64,000 bases of DNA from a virus (taxonomy: Duplodnaviria; Caudoviricetes). The stretch lies in the IMG/VR virus record IMGVR_UViG_3300042477_000769; one strand, given 5' to 3'. Position numbers and translations under genes: made by a program. Shown here in pieces: positions 9,816-17,726 of this stretch. Positions within the stretch are counted from its first letter, which is position 1; every line of letters begins with the position of its first letter. Below the pieces are notes generated by a model, which was not told the DNA's origin, did no database searches, and worked only from the letters and a program-made list of their open reading frames with translations.

Positions 9816-10127
9816 ATGCAAGAAATTAAAGAAGATATATATGGAAAATATTATTATTGGAATGGTCTGCTCCATCGAGAAGATGGGCCAGCAGTAGAAT
9901 ATACTAATGGATATAAACAATGGTATCTTCATGGTCAACGTCATCGAGAAGACGGTCCGGCCATAGAATATGATGATGTCAAATGGTGGTACTATCATGG
10001 TAACCTACATCGAGAAAATGGCCCGGCGGTAGAATATGCTGATGGAAGTAAACAATGGTTTCTTCAAGGTAAAAACTATTCAGAAGAAGAATATTGGAGA
10101 GTTGTTAAATTAAAAGCTTTATGGTAA
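9816..10127 (+). CDS. HREDGPA-repeat protein
   Basis: Family motifs. Confidence 0.85.
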   Translation: MQEIKEDIYGKYYYWNGLLHREDGPAVEYTNGYKQWYLHGQRHREDGPAIEYDDVKWWYYHGNLHRENGPAVEYADGSKQWFLQGKNYSEEEYWRVVKLKALW

Positions 10128-10131
10128 AGTA

Positions 10132-10380
10132 ATGCAAGAAATTAAAATAGATGAACGTGGAACTAAAAGATATTGTTGGAATGGTAAGTTGCATCGAGTA
10201 GGTAGTCCTGCGATAGAATGGTCTAATGGTAATGAAGAATGGTGGTTTAATGGTCAGCGACATCGAGCAGATGGACCAGCCATAGAATATGCTGGTGGAA
10301 GTAAAAAGTTTTATCTTCAAGATAAACACTATTTAGAGGAAGAATATTGGCGAATTGTTAAATTAAAAGCTTTATGGTAA
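10132..10380 (+). CDS. HREDGPA-repeat protein
   Basis: Two degenerate repeats, KLKALW. Confidence 0.85.
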   Translation: MQEIKIDERGTKRYCWNGKLHRVGSPAIEWSNGNEEWWFNGQRHRADGPAIEYAGGSKKFYLQDKHYLEEEYWRIVKLKALW

Positions 10381-10815
10381 AAAATCTTGTCGACCTAATT
10401 TGCTTGGTAAATTAAGAAGCTTAGTCAAACTATTCACCGACACCTGAGATAATAATTTATGTTTTCCAAAATCAATTTGGTTTTCTTGCAGAAAATGATC
10501 AATTTCTGTTTGCATTCGATGTAAACGTTCTTGAGTATCAGGATGTAATATAAAATTAATAATGCGAAGAACACTTTCCGTCATATTATGCCCGGAAACT
10601 TCTTTGTTCAATCTCACTAATTGATAGAATATCTGTACCAATTCTTTCCATTGTGGTTCCGGATAATCTTTCATCCGCAAAGCTAAGAGATCCCCTTCCA
10701 TCTCATTAACAATGCTCGTTAACTCTTTCGATAAATCTATCCCCATCTCCTCTTGTCCGAGAGAAGTTTTGAAATAAAATTGGTCTGCTAACTTAAGAAT
10801 GTTTGATAATTCCAT
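10372..10815 (-). CDS. Hypothetical helical protein (track marks it +; it is -)
   Basis: Reverse complement of 10815 reads ATG GAA TTA TCA (MELSNILKLADQF). Confidence 0.7.
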   Translation of the reverse strand: MELSNILKLADQFYFKTSLGQEEMGIDLSKELTSIVNEMEGDLLALRMKDYPEPQWKELVQIFYQLVRLNKEVSGHNMTESVLRIINFILHPDTQERLHRMQTEIDHFLQENQIDFGKHKLLSQVSVNSLTKLLNLPSKLGRQDFLP

Positions 10816-11440
10816 GCATAATAATGTAAAAATATTCAATAATTTACAAGAATTTTGGGATTATTTTGAATTTTGCCCCATTTGTCAACAAAATAATCGC
10901 CACATCTATCAAATCGGGTTTTTACCACCTTATGTGGCTAAAGAAACATTCACTAAACAATCCGAAATATTACATATTGCCGCAGTATTTAGTATTAATC
11001 AACATGCTTACTCAGGTACTTTACAATTAAATTGTCAAAATAATACCTTTAACTTTTCATTAAAAGAATTTATCTTCTTAACGAATGCTAAATTTAAAAA
11101 CATTTTATCTTGTTATTTAAAAGCGGATTGTTTTCATTGTAACTGTAGTTACATTCATGGCCTTATTCAGTTAAATCTATTAACTCAAACCATTTCCAAT
11201 TTTGATATTGTGCGTGAAGTAGTTCATTTACTTGATTATGAAGATAAATTTAATATTCAATTAAAGTTTAAAGACAATGAAATGCAGATATCACAATATA
11301 CTTCACTTAATATTGGTGAAAATAATCAACCATTGTTAGTTGATGATAATCAAGTGATGACTCTACCTCTGGTTCCTTTAGATTTTACCAATATTCCAAA
11401 AGTTATTTCTCGATTAAAAACTATGATGCTGTTATTTTAG
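10799..11440 (+). CDS. Hypothetical protein with CxxC pairs, probable paralogue of 45473
   Basis: FWDYFEFCPIC, CFHC, C-terminal PLDF...RLKTMMLLF; alternative ATG 10814. Confidence 0.7.
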   Translation: MFDNSMHNNVKIFNNLQEFWDYFEFCPICQQNNRHIYQIGFLPPYVAKETFTKQSEILHIAAVFSINQHAYSGTLQLNCQNNTFNFSLKEFIFLTNAKFKNILSCYLKADCFHCNCSYIHGLIQLNLLTQTISNFDIVREVVHLLDYEDKFNIQLKFKDNEMQISQYTSLNIGENNQPLLVDDNQVMTLPLVPLDFTNIPKVISRLKTMMLLF

Positions 11441-11502
11441 CCGCATGCAATAACCCTGCCAACCGCCCGCGCTCCCAGCGACTAAATTTTTTTACGCGGA
11501 CC

Positions 11503-11531
11503 TTGACATACCGCTAAGGTGGGATTATATT
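11503..11531 (+). promoter_or_regulatory. Strong sigma70-like promoter for the repeat/tRNA locus
   Basis: TTGACA-17 nt-TATATT preceded by AAATTTTTTT tract. Confidence 0.75.
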
Positions 11532-11598
11532 TTAACCGTGTCAACAAGCAGAAGACAGAGCAGCAATGGAAGCTGGAATCCTTAAATATCCAGACTAT

Positions 11599-11673
11599 GT
11601 CTCCATGGTCTAATGGAAGGGCAGCGGGCTTCTAATCCGCTTTATGTAGGTTCGAGTCCTACTGGAGATGCCA
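11599..11673 (+). tRNA. tRNA-Arg(UCU)
   Basis: GTCTCCA/TGGAGAT acceptor, GCGGG-cttctaa-TCCGC anticodon arm, GTAGG-ttcgagt-CCTAC T arm, encoded CCA. Confidence 0.93.
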
Positions 11674-11992
11674 AGTGATAATTATCCCTAACAATGGAAG
11701 CTAGAATCCTTAAATATCTAGACGAGCAACCCTCTGTGGGCTGCAATGGAAGCTGGAATCCTTAAATATCCAGACTACGTAGGAACTTTATGATTAAATT
11801 AATTTACGACCAGGCAGTTGCCAAACTAAGTAACCAAAAAGATAATTTAGATCAATTAATTAAAGAAACTACAGGATCCGAAATTGGCAATTTTATCCAA
11901 AGGGTGTTGAGTTGGTATCATGATGAAACTAAGAAACAGTTCCTTTGGGAAATATTTAATAAAGTCTTTGATTTAAGTCCTGTTTTGTTCAT

Positions 11993-13264
11993 GATTTTTA
12001 GGCAAGGACACCCTCAGCCTTGTGCTGAGGGAGGAATTGCCTCTCCTTTCTGCTATCTAAATAATTTTTTCTTTTACACAAAACTTCCTATATTTATAGG
12101 ATATATCACTACATATGAGGTTAAATAGAACGGTCAAATTAAAACTTGATGTCAAGGCAGAAGAAATTCTACCTTCACTTCAGGCGTATACTGCTGCTTT
12201 TAATCTTGTCTGTCAAGTAGGTTACAAGAACAAAATAACTAATTCTATTAAACTGCATAAATTAACCTACCAAGATTGTCGAACTAACTTTAATTTACCG
12301 TCTCAATTAGCTATTTCTGCTAGAACTAAAGCCACTGAAGCTTTAAAAGCCATTAAGAGTAAAAATAAGTATAGTAAATGTCCACAGTCAAAGTTAGCTG
12401 CTATTCGACTAGATTGTAATAGCTACTCTATCGCTAAATCTGGAGTTGTATCTATTCTGACTCTTGCTGGCAGAAAGAAAATTAAACTAGATATTCCTAG
12501 ATATTATCAGCATTACTTTACTGATTGGAAATATACTAGTGCTGACCTTCTGATTAAGAAGAATACTGTCTATTTGCATATCTCTTTTGAGAAAGAAAGA
12601 GAAGACGTAAAATCAAACGGTAAGTTTTTAGGAATAGATCGAGGTATCAAAAAGTTAGCCGTTACTTCAGATAATAAGTTTTATTGCGGAAGTAAATTAA
12701 AGTCAATATGTAATAAATATAAAGCATTAAGAAGAAAATTACAGCAAAGTGGTAGTCAATCTGCTAAAAGACATCTTAAATACCTTTCAGGTAAAGAAAA
12801 ACGGTTTAAGGCAGACATTAACCATCAGATTAGCAAACAGATTATTAATAGTTTAAATCCAGGCGACACTCTAGTATTAGAAAAATTAACTGGTATTAGA
12901 AGATTACGTATGAGAAAACCTCAGAGATCAGCCTTGAATAGTTGGAATTATTATCAACTAGAGCAGTTCCTAATTTATAAAGGTCAGGCAAAAGGCATAC
13001 AAGTAGTCCATGTTAATCCTGCTTATACGAGTCAACAGTGCAGCAAATGCAATTATGTTGATAAGAAAAACAGGAAGACTCAAACTAACTTTTGTTGTCA
13101 AGGATGTGAATTTAAACTAAATGCAGACTTAAATGCTAGTAGAAATATTAGCAGACGAGCATTAGATGACTATATGTTGTTTAATGGGGCTGAAGTCAAT
13201 CAGCCTATGGTAGGAGCAGCGAAGCTACTTACAAGCCACCAGCCTTGTGCTGGTGGTAATTGAC
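11993..13264 (+). mobile_element. Non-autonomous IS200/IS605-family element (tnpB only)
   Basis: Left hairpin 12011-12031, right hairpin 13236-13256 with the same CTTGT loop, right end TTGAC, no target duplication. Confidence 0.88.
12115..13263 (+). CDS. tnpB: TnpB RNA-guided endonuclease
   Basis: RuvC GIDRG / LVLEKL / NADLNA intact; CSKC...CQGC finger. Confidence 0.92.
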   Translation: MRLNRTVKLKLDVKAEEILPSLQAYTAAFNLVCQVGYKNKITNSIKLHKLTYQDCRTNFNLPSQLAISARTKATEALKAIKSKNKYSKCPQSKLAAIRLDCNSYSIAKSGVVSILTLAGRKKIKLDIPRYYQHYFTDWKYTSADLLIKKNTVYLHISFEKEREDVKSNGKFLGIDRGIKKLAVTSDNKFYCGSKLKSICNKYKALRRKLQQSGSQSAKRHLKYLSGKEKRFKADINHQISKQIINSLNPGDTLVLEKLTGIRRLRMRKPQRSALNSWNYYQLEQFLIYKGQAKGIQVVHVNPAYTSQQCSKCNYVDKKNRKTQTNFCCQGCEFKLNADLNASRNISRRALDDYMLFNGAEVNQPMVGAAKLLTSHQPCAGGN

Positions 13265-13851
13265 GGATACTTTTCATGGTTTTGTGGTAAATTGTTTATT
13301 GGATGATTCTGCTTTTCGAGTAGAATATCGTAAGCTGTTTATAGACGAAAACTATGATTTGGTTTGGGAAAATAATGAACACAAAACGGTTCTTTCATCT
13401 AAAGATGACCCAGACTCAGATCCGGTTGTCATTTGGGATAATGATGGAACTCAAAAAGTATCTTTATTGATGGAAGCGATGGATCATGCTGAATTGCGCC
13501 ATCTGCGAAGGCAGCAACAGAACGAAAAAATAAAGGAAATGTTTAGCGAAATTCGCGGCAGCTCCTAGCAACTAAATTTTTTTTCTGCGCACTTAAGTAC
13601 ATCAATGGAAGCTGGAATCCTTAAATATTCAGACGTAGCGGCAGCAATGAAAGCTGGAATAGTTAAATATCCAAACAATATCCAGATGCAAAATCCGTGC
13701 CAAGGGGTGCGTCGCTGCTCCCAGCGACTAAATTTTTTTCTGCGTACCTAAGCACAGACGATCGGTATCTCCGTGTGGCATAGGTAGCGATGGAAGCTAG
13801 AATCCTTAAATATCTAGACAATGTCTAGAAAAAACAATAGAAAGGGCCTAC

Positions 13852-14148
13852 ATGCCACGACCAACATCAATTACCCCAGAGGATTTAGCGAGATGGGATA
13901 AATTAATAGAAGAAGAATTAGATACTAACTTATCTAGTAATTTACTGTTTCGAGAAGTTTGTTATGCCGGACAATGGTTAGCAGAACAATTGCATCAATT
14001 GAATTGTTCCGATGAAATGATTGTCAGAATTATTTTTACCGCCGGCCGACTCTCCTTTGGAAGAGATCCTTGGGAAATTTCAACAATGTTATTAACAGGT
14101 TATCAAAATAATGAACTTAAATACGAAGACCCTAAATTAATTAATTAA
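13852..14148 (+). CDS. Hypothetical protein directly after repeat 6
   Basis: 98 aa ORF, GAAAGGG upstream. Confidence 0.7.
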   Translation: MPRPTSITPEDLARWDKLIEEELDTNLSSNLLFREVCYAGQWLAEQLHQLNCSDEMIVRIIFTAGRLSFGRDPWEISTMLLTGYQNNELKYEDPKLIN

Positions 14149-14211
14149 TTAATTAGCAATTCTAAAAATTATATTTTATAAGTAAATGGTTATTTATAAA
14201 ATTTGTAAGTA

Positions 14212-14239
14212 TTGACACGACATTTTTAATGTTTACATT
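14212..14239 (+). promoter_or_regulatory. Sigma70-like promoter for AAA-VWA operon
   Basis: TTGACA-16 nt-TACATT. Confidence 0.6.
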
Positions 14240-14273
14240 AAGTAAAATTCAAAATATTGGAGATTGACGCAAC

Positions 14274-15407
14274 ATGGCAAAGAAAAAGCAAGATGAACAG
14301 GTAATGGCTACTTCGGACTTCAACCTAGAGAAGTTGAGCACCAAAGATTTATCAACCCACATCGCTTCGACTATTAAGGTTGGAGGAAATGTGGCGATCT
14401 TTGGCCGCAGAGGTACTGGTAAGACTGAAATCTCGAAACAAGAGATTAAGAAAGCCGAGGCTGCCGAGGTATACATTAACCTTTCCGTGATGGAACGAGT
14501 AGATTTGGGAGGATATCCCAATATCATGGGAGGTTCCTCGCAAAGGAAGTTTGTCGACTTCTTACTGCCGCAGTTCTATGAGCAGATGATTTCTGGTGAT
14601 AAACCAGTGGTTGCTCTTCTAGACGAAGTGGATAAGGCAGACCCCAGTCTGTGGGCGCCGTTACTAGAGTTTACTCAGTTCCATTCGATCAATGGTCAGA
14701 AACTCAATAACCTACAAGCCGTTATCATGACTGGTAACTTAATTTCTGAAGGTGGTATGCGTCCCAGTCTACCTCTCTTAGATAGAGCAGAGAAGTATCT
14801 AGTAGAAGCGGATGCTAACTCTTGGTTAGAGTGGGCTGGTAAGTCGGGACGGATTCATCCATCTATTACGGCCTATATTACGGATCATCCGAAGGACCTA
14901 TTTGGCGCAGTTGATCCAGAGGATCGTTATGCAGATCCTTCACCCCGAGGTTGGGCAGGAGCTTCTGAAATGCTCTTCAAGGGCGAAGAATTAGGTTGGG
15001 GAACAGACCTTCTGAATAAGAAGGTGTGTGGGCGTGTAGGTAAAGATGCTGGTATTAAGTACAGCAATTATTATGAGCACTACCAGCAGTTATTGCCGAT
15101 GGTCGATAAGATCTATCGCAACGAAGATGTGAGTCATGAGTATCGTGGTTTGGAGCCCACCAAGAAGCTGGTCATTTGTATGATTGTGTGTGCACGACTG
15201 GCATCTCTCCTTGACCAAGGTGCAAATAAGGCGAGTAAGGCAGCGATTACTCACGTAGGTAATTTTTTGAATAACGTGAGTCCAGAGTTATTATTGATTT
15301 CGGTGAGAAGTCAGATTCAATTGGAGCGGGTGATGAAACATAAGATGGATGACCACCCTGCTTGGGAACCATTCTTGGCCAAGTTGAATGCTTCGTTGAA
15401 GTCCTGA
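14274..15407 (+). CDS. MoxR-like AAA+ ATPase
   Basis: GRRGTGKT Walker A, LLDEVDK Walker B, PSPRGW. Confidence 0.88.
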   Translation: MAKKKQDEQVMATSDFNLEKLSTKDLSTHIASTIKVGGNVAIFGRRGTGKTEISKQEIKKAEAAEVYINLSVMERVDLGGYPNIMGGSSQRKFVDFLLPQFYEQMISGDKPVVALLDEVDKADPSLWAPLLEFTQFHSINGQKLNNLQAVIMTGNLISEGGMRPSLPLLDRAEKYLVEADANSWLEWAGKSGRIHPSITAYITDHPKDLFGAVDPEDRYADPSPRGWAGASEMLFKGEELGWGTDLLNKKVCGRVGKDAGIKYSNYYEHYQQLLPMVDKIYRNEDVSHEYRGLEPTKKLVICMIVCARLASLLDQGANKASKAAITHVGNFLNNVSPELLLISVRSQIQLERVMKHKMDDHPAWEPFLAKLNASLKS

Positions 15408-15444
15408 GATAAGTAGTAGGCATATTAAGTATGGGAGTTAAATA

Positions 15445-17097
15445 ATGCAGTTTTCTAAAGTGATTGGAAAAATTGATCCAAAATTAGTGGAACAAGCCGA
15501 AGAGAAGCTATCTCAAATTTTCATTGATTTAGGTACTCAATATAAGAACGTGTATGTGGGTAGCGGTTTGGGAGGAGATCCATTAATTTTCGGATTAATG
15601 TATCCTGTCGAGCACATCTGCACTATGAATATGCCTACTGCTGCTACCGATGGTAAGAGATATTATTGGAATCCTAAGTTTGTGTTAAAGCAAACTAAGA
15701 TTGGATTACGTATTATCTGTAGCCATGAAGCGTGGCATGCTATTTACATGCACCCTCAACGAAGAGGTTCGAGACTTCCTAAGTTGTGGAATATTGCCGT
15801 TGACTATATCGTTAATAATATGGTGATGGAAGACCTGAAGGCACGAGGTTTTGATCCGAAAGAAAAGTTTACTACTCATTTAGGCAAGTATATGCTGTTA
15901 GAAGAGTATGCTGAACTGCTTAAAAATCCTTTTAAGCCACCGGCTGGTTTTGAGGATCTTCTTAAGAAGAAAGAAGCTTCTTCATCGGTAGCTTTACCGG
16001 CTCCCGATGAGGATCGCGAATTAACTCCAGAGGAAATTGAAGAGTTAGAGCGTCAAGAAAAGCGTGAAACTTTTTATTTTGCCGATCCTGATTTATCGGA
16101 GGAGATGAAGCGACCAGAAAAGATTTACGACTATTTGTATGGTTTATTGCCCAAATGTCCAAAATGTGGTTCTGTTGGCTTATATAAGCCTCCTCCCAAA
16201 AATAAGGATAAGGGGCAAGACTCTTCTGGTCAAGACGACAAGAATGACCAAGCGCAATCTAAGTCGAAGGGCAAAGGAAAAGGTAAGAAAAACGATCAGC
16301 ATGACCATGGTGATGGTAATTCTTGCGGTTGCCCTGATGGCCAATCAGGAGACCAACCTGGTGAAGGCCAAGGTTGTTGTGATGGCGGTTTAGATATTTT
16401 CGGATTAGGTGGAACTGTAGATGACCACATGGATACTTCTGAGTCTGAGGAAAAACTCGCTAAGCGTATTGCGGATGCGATGACTGTGGCTCAAAAGATG
16501 GCTGGTCATGTACCATCTGCCTTAGAAGATGAATTGGGACTGTTAACTGCTCCTAAAGTAAGTGCCAAAGATTTTATTAGGACTCGCCTATTAAAAGCTA
16601 GGGCTGGTAATGGTCGTAATGATTGGACTCGTTTTAGAACTCGACCCATGTTTAGTGGTTTACTCGTTCCTAAACGAAGAAATTATTATGCCCATTTTGG
16701 TTGTCTACTTGATACCAGCGGCTCGATGAGCCCGGATGATATGGCTTTCGGTCTTTCGCAATTAGCTGCACTTGATGAGAGATCAGAAGGTACGGTAGTC
16801 CCGGCAGATGCAGAGATTTATTGGGAGCAAGCTACTAAGCTTAAGAAAGCTAATTTTGAAGAGCTATCTAAAGTCAAAGTAGTGGGTCGAGGAGGAACCA
16901 AATACGCTGAATTCTTTGATGACTATCTAGATAAAATTGGAGAGTGCGACTTTTTAATTGTTATTACTGATGGTTATCTGTTAGATACAGATGTGGCCGA
17001 AATGAAAAATCCCGGCAAAGATGTTATTTGGCTATTAACTGCTAATAGTTCATTTAACGCGCCATTTGGTCGAGTCTTTGATTTACATAGCATGTGA
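15445..17097 (+). CDS. DUF2201-type metallopeptidase-VWA protein
   Basis: TAATDG, HEAWH; LDTSGSM, GRGGT, ITDG (MIDAS). Confidence 0.88.
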   Translation: MQFSKVIGKIDPKLVEQAEEKLSQIFIDLGTQYKNVYVGSGLGGDPLIFGLMYPVEHICTMNMPTAATDGKRYYWNPKFVLKQTKIGLRIICSHEAWHAIYMHPQRRGSRLPKLWNIAVDYIVNNMVMEDLKARGFDPKEKFTTHLGKYMLLEEYAELLKNPFKPPAGFEDLLKKKEASSSVALPAPDEDRELTPEEIEELERQEKRETFYFADPDLSEEMKRPEKIYDYLYGLLPKCPKCGSVGLYKPPPKNKDKGQDSSGQDDKNDQAQSKSKGKGKGKKNDQHDHGDGNSCGCPDGQSGDQPGEGQGCCDGGLDIFGLGGTVDDHMDTSESEEKLAKRIADAMTVAQKMAGHVPSALEDELGLLTAPKVSAKDFIRTRLLKARAGNGRNDWTRFRTRPMFSGLLVPKRRNYYAHFGCLLDTSGSMSPDDMAFGLSQLAALDERSEGTVVPADAEIYWEQATKLKKANFEELSKVKVVGRGGTKYAEFFDDYLDKIGECDFLIVITDGYLLDTDVAEMKNPGKDVIWLLTANSSFNAPFGRVFDLHSM

Positions 17098-17116
17098 GCT
17101 ATATCTCTTTTTGATG

Positions 17117-17153
17117 TGTTATAGGGGTGGTGTTATTAGTCACCCCTATAACA
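17117..17153. terminator. 13-bp inverted repeat after VWA gene, probable terminator
   Basis: TGTTATAGGGGTG-11 nt-CACCCCTATAACA. Confidence 0.6.
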
Positions 17154-17243
17154 TCGCGAGACTAAAATGAGTTATTTTGAAATAGTTTTCATAGCCGCCC
17201 TATTAATTATAGGGTTATTTATTAACTTAAATAAAGAGTAATT

Positions 17244-17726
17244 ATGGTATCTCAATTAGCGATGGCAGGAGGCTTATTTGCATTACTGTCATTTATTCAT
17301 TTTGTAGTTGATTGGGTGTTTCAAACTCATCAAGAAGCGATGATTAAACATAATCATCCATGGGTAAGAGCCAAACATTGTTTTATTTATACTATTGGTT
17401 TTATGCCAATTCTATTTGCCTTGGATTTCCCGTTTTGGAAATGGCTGATTTCTGTTGGCGTCTTATTTATTTCCCATTTTTATTTAGATACTTATCATTT
17501 AGTGTATCTGTGGGCTAAATATATAAGAAAACCACCAGAAATGGTTACTCCTGAAACTAAAACCCATGTAGACGGTTACATTGAGGTTTTACCTCCTAGC
17601 TCTAAACGTGGATTTATTAAGTTTGTTGACACTACATTAGGAAAAATTTTAATGATTTCTATTGACCAAATAAGCCATTTAATGTTCTTATGGGTCATAG
17701 TTTTACTGGCGATAATCAAATTATGA
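17244..17726 (+). CDS. DUF3307-like membrane protein
   Basis: HFVVDW, HFYLD, DQISH in hydrophobic helices. Confidence 0.7.
   Translation: MVSQLAMAGGLFALLSFIHFVVDWVFQTHQEAMIKHNHPWVRAKHCFIYTIGFMPILFALDFPFWKWLISVGVLFISHFYLDTYHLVYLWAKYIRKPPEMVTPETKTHVDGYIEVLPPSSKRGFIKFVDTTLGKILMISIDQISHLMFLWVIVLLAIIKL

Larger units (their letters stand above)
11790..13568 (+). pseudogene. 168-aa hypothetical gene split by IS insertion (11790-11992 + 13265-13568)
   Basis: Removing 11993-13264 rejoins one frame ...VLFM-DTFHGFVVN... (507 nt). Confidence 0.8.
11560..13819 (+). repeat. Six dispersed CRISPR-like hairpin repeats, core CAATGGAAGCTRGAATCCTTAAATATCYAGAC
   Basis: 32-nt cores at 11564, 11692, 11744, 13603, 13645 (degenerate), 13788; stem CTGGA/TCCAG covaries with CTAGA/TCTAG. 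Confidence 0.9.

Noticed and set aside
11560-13819. Canonical CRISPR array with a Cas12f effector
   Set aside because: Inter-repeat distances are 10 nt to 1.8 kb, not uniform spacers; the nuclease has its own IS ends and splits a resident gene
14135-14156. (TTAA)n run as replication origin
   Set aside because: Short A/T microsatellite with no iterons or initiator gene nearby
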